Made by a program: the position numbers and the translations under genes | From: Octopus vulgaris | Taxonomy: Eukaryota | Assembly (NCBI GenBank): GCA_951406725.2 | Contig: OX597814.1 | Coordinates: forward strand, 66,464,001 to 66,528,000 | Reading direction: 5' to 3' | Length of the DNA: 64,000 nt | Part shown: piece by piece, positions 1-61,010 of the stretch | How positions within the stretch are numbered: position 1 is the stretch's first letter | Layout of the letters: the number at the start of each line of letters is the position of its first letter | Notes under the pieces: model-generated | What the model was told of the DNA's origin: nothing | What the model saw: the letters and a program-made list of their open reading frames with translations, nothing else | Databases searched by the model: none

Positions 1-733
1 TCGAATCATGATGTCCGTATTTTTCTGCATATTTAGAAAAAAAAAAAAATTACAAAGATTTTTGAAAATGTTTTTTCAGACTCATAATCTCCGTATTTTT
101 CTGCATATTGGGAGGGTGGGTGGATTCTGAAAAACAGTTAAAAATGAAGGAAATGGGGGTGGTAATTTAGAAATGTCGATTTTTGCCAATTTTTTGCAGA
201 ATCGTATTCCCCGTAGCCGAAAAGGAGGATTTGTGTCGAAAAAGAAAAAACACTTTTTTAAAGGGTGTTTTTTTTGGGGGGGGGGGGGCGGAAGTCATGC
301 CAAAGACTTTTTCAAATATTAAAAAATGAAATTTTTAAAAATATTTTAATCGTCTTAGAAAATCTTTTTTGTTGGTGGACACTTATTTTATTTTTATATT
401 TGTCCATTAGGCCTTTTGATAGTTTTGAAATTTTTAGTCGTTATATTTAACTTTTGATAAGCCGTTCTATTTGTATTTTATTAGAATATATATATTTTTA
501 CATTCTGTGATTTTATGTATATGTATTAATTTTTTATGTTTGTAGACCAAGCTGTTTTTTCATATATGATTAAATGTTTGAGGGGTGGTGTTGTATGTAA
601 AATCGTTGACCCAAATTTAATGTTTGTTCTATAACCAATGTTTCTTTATCGTCGTCTCATTTATATTTGAGCATTTCTTTTGCAGTCCTATAAACCCTTT
701 GTTTCTATGATAAGAGACAAATATTATTCTTGT

Positions 734-811
<78 letters not shown>

Positions 812-839
812 TATAGATAGATAGATAGATAGATAGATA

Positions 840-1163
840 GAGTTAAACGCAGGTGTTGTTCAAATTCTTTTACTTCTGACATATGTTTCGAAGACAACAT
901 TGGTATTATTCCAGAAGGAATAAAATGGTGTAAAACAATGCAATCTTCTCAGCAGGGAAAGAAAGAAACCAAACACACCAATAAGACATTTTGCGTTTAA
1001 CTCCATTTATTTATTTATCTATATTATACAAAACATTTAATCTAAACCTGGAGTTTCTACCTTTATAAGTAGGCAGTTACATCCTTGGTACTTGTGTGAA
1101 TTTTTGCTACTATTTATTTATATTTTCCGTGTTATTTGTAAACACTGGAAAAAACACAAATAC

Positions 1164-1165
<2 letters not shown>
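840..1165 (-). mobile_element. Probable Penelope-like terminal fragment between (GATA)n and (TA)n, with a degenerate hammerhead-like motif
   Basis: Inverted repeat GAGTTAAACGC (840-850) / GCGTTTAACTC (993-1003). The minus strand reads CTGA-GAAGA..stem..TCTTC GAAA CATATG T CAG. Confidence 0.4.
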
Positions 1166-1220
<55 letters not shown>

Positions 1221-1623
1221 GTGATGCAAACAAAAACAGAACTCAAAACGTGTGTTTATGTATATTTCTATTAATATTAAGCAGAGGCAACAGTGTGTAT
1301 GTATGTAACTATGAAAAGATGTACTTATGTATGTAGATATCTATACATACATACATACATACATACATATATGCATACACACACAAACACACACACACCC
1401 ACACATACACACACACAGGGACACACACACACATATATATATATACTAGGGTGTTGCCCTTCATATGACGGGTAACTTTTAAGTATACTTTTACTACTGC
1501 GTATAATATACTTACATACATTTTAATTGAACTTGTATCAAATTTCTCGGTGTTTATACAGAATGATGAAATGAAAACTAATTTTCAAAAAATAATATTA
1601 CCTTAAACTTAATGTGTGCGAGA

Positions 1624-1659
<36 letters not shown>

Positions 1660-2082
1660 GTATTTGAGCGTGTGTACGCAAGTTTGTGTGAATACGCGTG
1701 CGTATGCATGCATACAGATATATCTGTATGAATGTATGTATGTGTGTGGAGTCTGTGTATTTATATATTTGTGTGTCCATACTCACACACACACACATGC
1801 AAGCAATCACGCATCCACGTATTTCTGAGCATGTATGTGATTATTCTCACTTTACCTAATACAAAAATATTTCTCTTTACATTTCACACTAATATGTTTT
1901 CATTCATGTTTATTCTTTTCTACAAAACTTGCCATTGCTTTACATTTTGAACTGCTGAATTATAAATTTCAGTCGAGGATTCTCGTGGTTATTGCACTAT
2001 TTCCATTAGAAAAGCATATTACTGTACCTTCGGTATTCGAGTACTACTTTCTCCACCTTGTTCTGCATTTATATACTTACCC

Positions 2083-2118
<36 letters not shown>

Positions 2119-2145
2119 ATATATAAATATGTATATATATATATA

Positions 2146-2253
<108 letters not shown>

Positions 2254-3442
2254 CCATTGATTTCGCGTCTATTATTGCTCCTAACAATATAGGCAACTTA
2301 TCAGACCTGCTGACTGGAGGTACATAACCTCATTTGCCCCACCGTTCTCCCTCAACGTCAAAACCCTGCGTGGAAATGATCTACTTTTGATCAGTGGATA
2401 AGCATTTCACGCAATCCTATAGTTACGGATGATTATTTAATAGTCACAAATTAGAGGTCTCATTCAGCTAGAAAAAAATGTTAAAAAGATTTTAATGAAT
2501 GCCCCTAAAACCAACACATAGGCATGATACTCAAGTAGGGTTAACAGTGAATACCCAGTATGAGGTCGATGCAACTCCGAGGCCGTGGTAGCAGTTGCAA
2601 CTACAACAATAGTAACATCATCAACGTGTCCAGCAGTAACAGCAGCAATGACAGGGATAGCAGGAGCAACACCAGAAGCACCAACAGCACTAGGTCACAT
2701 GTACAGAAATATATTGAATCAACGGAGGGCCCTCTTAAGCAGTGAGTAACTAACCAGAAGTCCTCTTTTAGATCCCAGAGAGACGCAACGTTATATTTTT
2801 TCAAACAACATATGGTGTTTAAAAGGAGAGTGAACACCGTAGAAGATTAAATAGAAATACCTGGAACAGCTTAGACCATGCCGCAACGGAAGCAGACGAT
2901 GCAACCTTTGTTTGTCTGAAAGGGCAAGGTTCCTAACAAAATTCGCTTGACCGGGGGTGAGGGAGGGAGTTCATAAATTCAAAAAGTGAAGTTTATTAGT
3001 CTGCGCTCTCATGAGAAAAATACTCATGTTGAAGTCATGGGCATCCCCCTTTACTAACTAGGGAACGGAAAACGTATATAAACTGAGTCCTTTTCAACCA
3101 ACTTGAACCGTTCAAAGGGAGATAACGCCGTCTCACCCAGAAGGGTTTTCGCTCCGAGGGATTTCGTTTTAGGTATTTTTTCATCACCATACTGACCAAG
3201 ACTTGTCCATTATTAAAGAGGTTATGTACCTCTAGCCAGCAGATCTGATGTGTCGCCCATGTTGCTAAACGCAATAATAGACCTATGATAACTTTCTGAC
3301 CGGCTATAACCAACGACTGCATAATATATATAAAATATATAATGCATATATATGATATGATATCATAAAATATTATATGATATTATATTATATAAAGGAA
3401 CTTTATATAATATAATATAACATAATATAACATAACATGATA

Positions 3443-4298
3443 GGATCTTTTCCTTTTGAACGGCACTCTGTAACATAATTTCTAGGTAACTAAAAAGTTT
3501 TAAACTTCGCATACTGGTAGAATGTGTTTATAAAACATCATTTTCTCTTGGCTTTATTGAGAAAATTCTATAGGTTGTAAAATATTTCGTCTAAAATTTC
3601 TTGCATTTCGGCAATTTTAACCAATCAATTACCTCCATTGACGTAAATAACATTCTGTGCATAATGAATATGTCCCCCTTTAAGAAACAGATTGGGTTTA
3701 TTTACATTTGTGAAGAAAAAAGATGCCCTTCCCCCACCCCTAACCCTAACCCTAAACCAAACTAACCCTAACTCTAACCCTAAATCTAAAATTAATTGAA
3801 ATGCAATAGATCGATACTAGGGTTATAATTATGGGTGACAATTTCATACGACACCGCTACGGAAAATGGGATTTTTTTCTAGCGGTGTCAAATGAAAATG
3901 TCACCGATAATTATGGCCCTAGTATCGATCTATTGCATTTCAATCTATTTTAGATGTAGGGTTAGAGTTAGGGTTAGTTAGGGTTAGGGTTAGGGTTAGG
4001 GGTTGGGGAAGGGTATCTTTTTTTCTTCACAAATGTAAATAAACCCAATCTGTTTCTTAAAAGAGGGACATATTCATTATGCACAGAATGTTATTTACGT
4101 CAATGGAGGTAATTGATTGGTTAAAATTGCCGAAATGCAAGAAATTTTAGACGAAATATCTTACAACCTATAGAATTTTCTCAATAAAGCCAAGAGAAAA
4201 TGATGTTTTATAAACACATTCTACCAGTATACGAAGTTTAAAACTTTTTAGTTACCTAGAAATTATGTTATAAAGTGCCGTTCAAAAGGAAAAGATTC
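3443..4298. mobile_element. Palindromic (foldback) MITE, 856 bp, with internal telomere-like (TAACCC)n/(TTAGGG)n
   Basis: Two ~420-bp arms are reverse complements around a centre near 3867-3873. Ends are GGATCTTTTCCTTTTGAACGGCAC / GTGCCGTTCAAAAGGAAAAGATTC. 8-bp TSD ACATGATA at 3435-3442 and 4299-4306. Confidence 0.9.
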
Positions 4299-5906
4299 AC
4301 ATGATATAATATATGTATGCATTTATATAAATGCATCTAATAAAGTTAATGCAGTGAACTAAAAACAATGTTTAACAAATTAAAATTACATCCGTCAGGA
4401 GCAGAAAATCTTCAAGGTTTATTACAGATATTTCCTGAATGAGCAAGGGAGTGAACTATGAAATTTGATTGATTAAAAATTAATATTTAATTGGAATGAT
4501 GCCGTGGAGAATGAATTTGATATTTGGCAATATTTCGATCCAATTATTATGTCTCCTCAGCATTAAGTGTTAGCTGAGTTGGTCTAATTAGTTTTCCACA
4601 GCGTTACTTATTAGCCTATACTTAACTAGGTCTCAAAAGTTTGAAGTAAATTCAGAATTATCATTTGCAAGCCACTGATTAAACAATGAATAAACACTAC
4701 AACTAACGGGACGCAAAAGTTGCACTCATTTTGATCTGTTATAATGGACACACAACTACTACATGTTCTCCACAGTTTATAATGCATCCCCAACAAAAAA
4801 GCTTTTGCAACTCATTAGGTCACACACCACAAAGAAAACAAAATAAGACAAAAGAAACATGAGCTGATAAAATTATTATATATATACAATATACACACCC
4901 TAAAAAAAAGACCATAAAGTCTTTGAAGATGTAACGGAAAATTCAACAAGGAGACATCATGGTCAAACTATTTCCTGATTATTGATACTATAATGACGTA
5001 AACACTGGAAATTTGAAGTTCCTGTGAATGAGAAACTATCTCAACATCGTTCCCATGCATCTCGCTTTCAATAAATACTTAAATAACAAACACCCACAGA
5101 AAGAATTTCATTTATAAGGGCAAGGAAGATCTTGAAACATTGCTAGAACAAAGCGTAAAGGTATAATTAGGAATTATGAAAAAATTAAAAGAGAAAATAT
5201 ATACATATACATATATACACACACACACATACATACATGCATTCCATACCTACACACATACATATACACACACATATACATACATATACACGCACATGTA
5301 TATATATATATATATATATAGATATACATATATATAAATATGTATACACGCACACACACACACACATATACACACACGCGCACACGTACACACACATACG
5401 CACGCACACACGTACATAGACACATACTTGTGTAGGTGTATGGGTGTGTACGCGTGTATTTGTATGTATCAATTATTTTTAGCTCGCACATACAACTTGT
5501 CTTTAATTAAGATTCGAGTCTTTGAATTATAATCTTGCTCCCTGCCACGCAGCTATTCTCAACTATCAACTATCAACCAACAAACCATGTCACTTATGAC
5601 CCTGAACGTAATTAGGGTCACATCAAAGGTTGTCCCTTTCTTTATTCGATGAAATAAGTATCCGTTATAAACAACAGAATGAGCCTATGGGAATATATTT
5701 TTGTTAAAGTGATAATAAATATTTAACAAAACAAGACACTCTCTGATGTGTTGACTGTTATTTGAGATAGGTGTCTGATAGTCTCCATGAGATTGGCTAC
5801 TTTCATGTTGTGTCGAACAGGAATAACAAAAATACAAAACAAGCCTGAATTCCCTTGTTTCTTTTCTTACCCTTATCCCAATTTCTTTAACTACACACAC
5901 ACATAT

Positions 5907-5951
<45 letters not shown>

Positions 5952-6067
5952 TGTGCGTGTGTATTCATATATATATATATGCATATATGCATATGTGCAT
6001 ATATATGCATATATATATATATATACGTATATACATACATACATACATACATACATACATACATACA

Positions 6068-6130
<63 letters not shown>

Positions 6131-6157
6131 ATATACGTGTATGTTCACACAGTGAAT

Positions 6158-6447
6158 GCGCGTGGCTTAGTTATTGGGATATTCACAGCTCACAAGTTCG
6201 ATTGCCAGCGACGTGTTGTGTCCTTGAGCAAGACACTTTATTTCACGTTCCTCCAGTCCACTCAGGTGGCAAAAAATGAGAAGTACCCGGCCTTGTCACA
6301 TTCTGTGTCATCTGAATCTCCCTGAGAACTACGTTAAGGGTACACGTGTCTTGGAGTGCTCAGCCGCTTGCATGTTAATTTCACGAGAGGGCTGTTCCGT
6401 TGACCGGATCAGCTGGAACCCTTGGCGGCGTAACCGACAGAATGCCA
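6158..6447 (+). mobile_element. tRNA-derived SINE, family B (CORE-like GTGTCCTTGAGCAAGACACTT), near full length
   Basis: A-box-like TGGCTTAGTT.., B-box-like GTTCGATT; homologous copies elsewhere in the window. Confidence 0.8.
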
Positions 6448-6527
6448 TGTACAAACAAATATACATACATACAAGCGTACATACTACACACATGCCTATA
6501 TCTATATCTAAATATATGTGGAAAACA

Positions 6528-6735
6528 TGTGGCTTAGTGGTTAGGGCTATCGGCACACGATCGTAAAGTCGTGAGTTCGATTCCCGACGGCGCGTTTTGT
6601 CCTTGAGCAAGACAATTTCACGTTGCTCCAGTCTACTCAGCTGGCAAAAATGAGTTGTACTTATATTTCGAAGGGTCAGCCCTGTCACATCCTGGTACGC
6701 ATGTCTGTGGAGTGCTGAGCCACTTGCACGTTAAT
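6528..6735 (+). mobile_element. SINE family B, internally deleted copy
   Basis: TGGCTTAGTGG...GAGTTCGATTCCC...TCCTTGAGCAAGAC; similar to 6158-6447. Confidence 0.8.
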
Positions 6736-7634
6736 TGTGTTTTCTTTTACTTAGGAAGGAAAGCAGCGTTCACGACCTGTTACAGATCATCTTAGACTGG
6801 TGAAATGGAAAGAGGAGTTTATTCTCAAATCACAATTCAAACCATGATGTTTGCATTGGAGTTGATTCTGGTAAAGACACCCAGTGTGCGAAATGGTAGG
6901 GGTATACGGGCGACTGATTAAATATAACACCCAGATAGGTTATGGTGGGATTTGAATGCAGACAGCAAAGTGCCAGAACAAATACCGCAAGACATCCGGT
7001 CCAGCTTTCTGATTCCTCCATCAATTTATCAACTTATATTTTTATTTCTTTTTAAATTTTTTCTTTTGATGATATGCAAAGTTGGCCTAGACAGGATTTG
7101 AGCCCACAGCGCAGAATTATAACAAATAACACGAAACATTCTATTGTGAGTGTGTGTGTGAATGTTTGTATGTGTGTGAGTGTATTGTGTGCGCAGCTAT
7201 ATATATATATATATATGTGTATGACTACTGTTACAACGAGAAAATGCATGCTTAAATGATAATTATAGAATGCTCAAAGTCGACCATGATAAATTGTTTT
7301 CGCAGTAACAAATGTTGTTTGTGTCGGATTTAATACAACACGAAATGATTTGCAAAGCGAATTTCCAAAACTGTCTGGCTCGGTTGGCCCTTGATTTAAA
7401 CTCAATGATATTGAAAGTCATTCTAATCAATCAGGCGCCCATATGTACCTGTTAATTAATATGTATATATTTGAATGTAGGTATATGTGTATATATGTAA
7501 ACTAGAAACTTTAAGTAAAACATTGTAGTTGAAATGAAATAAAATTTATTACAAACCAAAATACGGTGTATTCTATTTAATTAATAAAAATATATATCCA
7601 GCAAGACTTCTCCATTACAAAGAAACAAAAAAAA

Positions 7635-7707
<73 letters not shown>

Positions 7708-7825
7708 ACATGTGGAACCGTTAATTCTGACACATGTTTTTCTCTCTATGTATTTTTTCTCAAACTCTCCATTTTTTCCGTCGAAGAGCATAGGGTCGTA
7801 ACGTCAAACAAACACACCTGCTTGT

Positions 7826-8135
7826 TGTGTATGTAGCACAGTGGAGAAAGACACTAATTGTTCTGCCTGCAACAGCAAGGCCGAGCTGGTGGCTAACATC
7901 AAAGAGGTGTTCGAAGACCTTCCTAGAGACACTGTGAGGAACGCATGTGCCAGTTTGCGGAGCCGTCTTGACGCCATGTGAAAACTAAGAGTGGCTACTT
8001 TTAGTAAACTGTTATCTCCCGGCCATAATCTAGTTGATATCTTTAGATTTTTAAAAATACTTTTATTTTTTAATGGGATATTGTGTTTTCTTTTCCTATT
8101 ATACATACTGTCAAATTTAACCCAAGCACCCTGTA
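7826..8135 (+). mobile_element. Tc1/mariner-superfamily transposon, 3' remnant
   Basis: Translates to STVEKDTN..ACNSKAELVANIKEVFEDLPRDTVRNACASLRSRLDA (transposase C-terminus) and ends in TIR-like CACCCTG + TA. Confidence 0.7.
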
Positions 8136-9379
8136 CATGAAACTACGCTGATCGATTTTTGAAGTGAAAACACGAGCAAAAAGGAACGTATTCTGGATTA
8201 TATTTCTGGAAATTGAGACTGCATGGATAATGGAGTCAGGTAGGCGTATTGAGATTTTTTAAAGTATTAAACAGTTGGCCAATTCAGAAGAGGTAAAAGA
8301 ATTGAAAATATGAAGCAGAGAATGGGGAAAAGATAAAACGCTTCAGTGACAAAATTTTCAAGTTTTACTGAAAGTATTTTCTAGCCAGTTTTAGGATGCA
8401 GTTTAGGTGTATTGTATATGAGGTCATCATGCAAATTAATCAGAGATTTTGAAACCTAGAATTTGCTTCGTTCACTAGTGGAGAGAGTGGTGTTATATTT
8501 GTATTTTCTTAATAATATAAGGAATGATTATGTTTTGGTGCTGTTGAATGAGATCGATCTTTCATGTTACCATTAAATGAAATAAGGTACAAGATGCTTC
8601 TTTGATTTATGTGTACTTGTAATCGTGTTAGATTACTCTAGAAAAAGGATTTTCCAGTCCCCTAACGTACCTCGGACACGTTGAAAGGATAGGCTGAATA
8701 ACTGTGTGTAGAGCTTTGGTTAAAATTTATCCATGGGTCACGATAACATTGCTACATTAAGGAAATTATCTCTGGAAATTATCCCTAAAGCAAAGAATGA
8801 AACAACGAACCTACAGAACATCTGAGATAACTAGTTTTCCTTGTCGAGAATCTTCACTTATGATCAACAGCACTCATAGTCTTCACTATTCCTCTATGGG
8901 AGCAGGTGGTGATATATTTTGTGTCAACGACTGACTTAATTCTTTAAATGCCAGAAAGAGATCGGTGGTGAAGATAGAATGCCCTTCCTATATAACGCAG
9001 CACTGAATTATGATGCTGTCTGAATTTGTCTATCGCTATCACCAGATCTGAAATTTTGGCAGTTATTGGCAAGTTGCCTTAGCACCAAGAAATAGTTTGT
9101 TCATTGCTTGAAGGCACAAACTGTCTGTGCGTTATATCTGTCGTTGTACTATTCTATTAGTATAGCTTCGAAGAGTCACCCTGTTTGAAGCCCTTGATGG
9201 AATTTTAGATAAATTAGTTGTGTTATCAACAGGAATTCTTCCCTCTAGTTTTGTTTTATGCTATGTAACGTAATGTAATCCAATGGTTCTTCCTTCTAAC
9301 TGCACGGTACATACATGCATGAATATATACCATTGATCAAGCTCAAGAACTGCTACATAAAGTCGAATTCTCTGACAGG

Positions 9380-9980
9380 AAAATTGGTCTACTCATAAAT
9401 GTTACCATAATAGAGTACCTGTCCCTAAACCAAGAAGATAGAAATCTCGTCACACTGGATGGCGGAATACTACATCGAGTTAATGATTTTTCTATATTTA
9501 GGTTGTTGGATATTGATGTTAGAATTACCAAAGCCTGGGCTGCAACGAACAGAATGGAAAAGATATGGAAGTCGGATCTATTCAGAAAAATCATAAATAT
9601 CATTCTTCAGAACGTCTGCTGAGTCAGTAGTTGTATGTACCAGGTACATGGGCCCTGACAAAATCATTTGACGAGAAATAAGATGGTTTACACACTGCAA
9701 TACTTAGGGTTGTATAAAACATACAGTGGCCTCAAAGTATTACAAATGAAAATTTATATGGAAATTTGTCCAAGATAACAACTACAGTTGCTCAAAGAGG
9801 GTTACAATTTGCAGGACAAGCAGGCAGTTATGCACATGCTAATATTGTGGGAACCAACGCACAGAAGACACAGCCGAGGAAGACCTGCTTGAACATTCAT
9901 CGATCCAAATCTCAGTAAGGAGCAGTTGCCAGGAGCAATGGAAAATAGTGAGTTATGGAGAGACTTTGTCAGGCATGTTT
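9380..9980 (+). mobile_element. Decayed RTE-clade LINE, 3' fragment
   Basis: Broken translation TWALTK..DG....LRVV.NI.W...ITNENLYGNL.KIT......LQFAG...LILWEP......RGRP..TFID is typical of RTE C-termini; followed by a microsatellite. Confidence 0.7.
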
Positions 9981-10004
9981 GACCTTATATGTATATATCG
10001 ACTG

Positions 10005-10064
<60 letters not shown>

Positions 10065-10333
10065 TATACATACATACATACATACATACACACATACATA
10101 TAAAAAGACACTTTTTCACGGAAAACCTAAATTTATCTTTTTTTCAGATATACTCTCATAAGATTATCTTACATTTTGTCTAATTCCATTGCTTTGTAGT
10201 GCTTCTACAAATACACGAACACTCGCATACATGCGTAACAAATATGTGTACTCATTATCACTGTGCAAATATGAACTCACATATACTCATTATTTCTATC
10301 GTCCATACCAATGTGTATGATATTAATACTTAC

Positions 10334-57422
<47,089 letters not shown>

Positions 57423-58775
57423 CTGCAATAGAAAAAAAAATACAATTCTCAAAATGACGTAAAAATGAAATATACTGAGTAGCATGATTAAAATAGCTAT
57501 CAGTGCATAGATATACATAAATATGCGTGTGTTTGTGGGATTTTGGACTTATACATTCAGGAAGACATACTGCTTAAACTGAAAGATATTTTGGAAGACA
57601 TATGGATTAGTTTAAGATCAATAATAATTTTGCCTACCGATAGTAATGTTCCTGTCAGTCATGCCAATCAGGAAATGTCGAGATATTTTAGGTCCGTATC
57701 AAATGATAGTTCGCTGTCATACATAATTTCCTCTGTCACCCAAGTAGACACTTTATCACACCAAAGTACAGAGGAAAATATTTTAGTGGAACATTCTACA
57801 CATTAATATGATAGGGCCTCACTCATATTATAAAATGAGTTAAAAAATGTTGATCGACTGATATTACCCATGCAATTAGTAGCTATGAACTACCTTTATG
57901 AGATATTAAAAACTTAAAAGCATAAAATTTTAACGTAATGAACATTTTAAAATGAATTTATTTGTACTAAATTCATATACAGTCTCAATTAATCAACAAA
58001 GCAAGGACAGCATTGTCCAATCTAATGCTACTTTTAAAACCTGGCTCTATGATGAGACTATTCGTTCTATGTGCTATGTATACTGAAAATACTTTTTGCT
58101 GTTACTTTTCATCGCCTACTTAGTCTACTTTACCGTGGACAATTATATATCTTTTGCACTAAAGTCTATGCTACACTATTAACTTAATGCACCACTAATG
58201 GCTTTTAAAGGCTTGTGGCGCCAGGCATATTCTAATAGAACTGATCTCATCAAATTGGTAAAAGATCAAACGACAATATATATCGGTCACAAGATGAAGT
58301 GTTCAGCACGCTATTCTATAAAACATTTCGCTCACCTCTATTGACTTTCACGTTGTCTTTGCACGCTGTTTCTGTGTCCATAGAAAAGGTTTTAGAGCGC
58401 ATTTTAAAAATTCTTGTCATACCAACTCATCCATTTTGATCTTATTGTTCTCCCAAAATTTTTCAGTTTCGTTTCAAATATGGATTTAGTTTTATATTGT
58501 TAATATAAAAACTAAGAGTTCTATATTATCTTAGTAAAAATAAAAATGTTGATGAAAGTTAAAATAAATTAGAAAGAATAGATTAGATAATGAAATGGGT
58601 GGAACAGAATTCTTAAAATTCCCAGCCATATTAAAATAGATATTGATTAAGGACAAACAAAGATAAAGTCTTAAAATATATTCTCCTTAAATAGCCGAAC
58701 CGCGTGCACGCAGAATGTAATTTATTATATATGCGTATTTGCATAAAATTATAGATAGCAGGAGTAATACACATG

Positions 58776-58812
<37 letters not shown>

Positions 58813-60720
58813 CCACACACACCCACATAAATAGAAATATAAACACATATACATACATACATACACACATACACGTGTATATGTTTATAGCTATATGTGT
58901 GTGTACACACACACGCGCGCGCACACACACGTGTGTGTGTGTGTATGTTCGTACAGAGACTGATACTCAGAGCTATTTATGCAAGCACATACATGCACAT
59001 ATACGGACTCTTATGAATCATGCAGTGTTATTTTAAGTCAGCGTACGATAAATCTCATGTTTTTATAAACAAGAGAATTTATATAACGTGTGGGTTTTGA
59101 AGAGGGTGGAGTAGCTGAATCGGTGAATCTGTAGACAGAATATTTTGTCCCTTGTGGTTGGTACATCTCCTTAATTTCCGAGTTCAAATTTCGTTGATGC
59201 CACTTTTGTCTTTCACCCGAATGGAATACCCAATAGTCAAGGAGTGAGTGGTCGGAGCAATTAAACTGGCTACACTATTTCTACAAAATGTCGGAATTAG
59301 ACACCCTATTATTCCATTATGTTTTCTTCACGTTTAAATGAGATTTTTGTTTTAAATTTGCATGACTAATATTTTTATCATTTACGTAAATGTTATGTTT
59401 TGGTCGATGCTGAACTGAACCAGACGAAATACAAAGCCATAACTTGTCTGTTGTATAGCATTTTCATATTAAAATGATCATTGTATTGAATTTTTGTTTG
59501 TTTAAGTATTTGTATGGGATCTCACTGTACACGGTAAAACTGTTTTCTTTTTTGTTTTTTTTACCGAAAAGCAAACAGTTTGTTCGTCGAAAGTATATAC
59601 AAAGTCAATGGCCTGTTTAGGTTCAGGTACTTCTGGCTAATGAAGCACATTTCGAAACACCTATTTTCCAGAATCCTTTGCGCCAATAAGCCAAATGTGT
59701 TATGACTACATTGTCGTCGTAAAAGGAAGTAGTTGTTGTTCTATGACGTATTTAACAGCGACTAATATATCTTACATCCGAACTTGCCTAGACGCATTAA
59801 AAATAAATATGTGTTTCATCTCCTTAAGGTATTCTAAAGACTAATGGATGACTAATTAGTTTCTCTGGGTTGGTTACAAAGTCATAAAATTTTAAGATAG
59901 GCGAATGCTTCAGTTATACTTTTGACATATCTTTGATAATCACATGAGACTTGGTGTCTAGTAGTGCAAATAAGTATTTACATCATTATTTAGAAAGGAC
60001 ATTTGCGAAATCAGTATAGTGTAAATGGTAGCATGGCAAGCAAGCATTGTATGAGGGTTGAGTTTCGTCTGTGAGTTCGTTACAAATACATAATAGTTAC
60101 ATTAGAAACTTGGCTGTTACCTTATAACTAACATCATTTGCAGTTAGATTTCATTTATATATCTTATCAAGATGCGTTATTTTGGTATATTAAATATAAG
60201 AGAAAATATTTAGAATAACATTGCGAAGTGGCTGACAAATTCCAAATGGGCCACGTGAAATTGGCTTTGCAGTAAGTTCAGTATTTTAGATGGATATTTG
60301 TATCGCAATTTAGCAGAACAAAGCTGCAAACTCAAGCACGGCTGTTATTAAACAGAGACACACAGTTCTTAAGTGCATAGCGTTTATACATCATTCTTAT
60401 CATACCTCTGTAAGGAGGAAATTTATAGATATGTTTACAAGCGCTTAAGTACACCCACTCATACATACACACATATGTACACCCTCCCAGCATTTTGCAT
60501 TGTCCCAGCAAATTTAGCTATCAGAAACAATCACATAAATCTAGTTCAGCTTCACACCAGTCTGCCAGTTTTTCTCAGTCTGCCTTGCTCTTGGATGCAA
60601 GCTTTAGCTCTCACTATAGGCTACGAATGCCGGTGGCATTCATAAACCTACTGCTATAGTAAACTAATGCACACATCAATAATCTGTTAACTAATGTACT
60701 TGACAGAGTATTTCCATCAT

Positions 60721-60915
60721 ACTCCACCTCCACCACCTCCTCCTCTTCTTCTTTTTCTTCTTCTTTTTCTTCTTCTTTTCTTCTTCTTTTTCTTCTTCTT
60801 CTCCTCTTCTTCCTTCTCCGTTTCTTCCTCCTCCTTCTTTTTCTTCTTTTTCTTTTTGTTTTTCGTGTCTATTTTTCTTTTTCTTCTTCTTTTTCTTCTT
60901 CTTCTTCTTCTTCTT

Positions 60916-60998
<83 letters not shown>

Positions 60999-61010
60999 CA
61001 TTATTATTAT
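60721..61010. repeat. Polypyrimidine (CCT/CTT)n tract followed by (ATT)n
   Basis: Directly visible; reads (GAA)n on the host sense strand. Confidence 0.9.

Noticed and set aside
2560-2745. S/N-rich ORF as an exon or peptide
   Set aside because: Degenerate CAG/AAC low-complexity sequence that does not match the expected next TSR exon (CSxxCG).
3730-4013. Head-to-head TAACCC/TTAGGG repeats as a telomere or chromosome-fusion scar
   Set aside because: The repeats are short, degenerate and internal to a TSD-bounded palindromic MITE.
6158-6230. tRNA genes at SINE heads (A/B-box-like motifs, also at 43635 and 50138)
   Set aside because: No complete cloverleaf, and each continues into a repeated SINE body.
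7778-7808. TCGAAGAGCATAGGGTCGTAACGTC as another hammerhead
   Set aside because: GAAA is mutated and stems I and II are broken. At best a dead relic.
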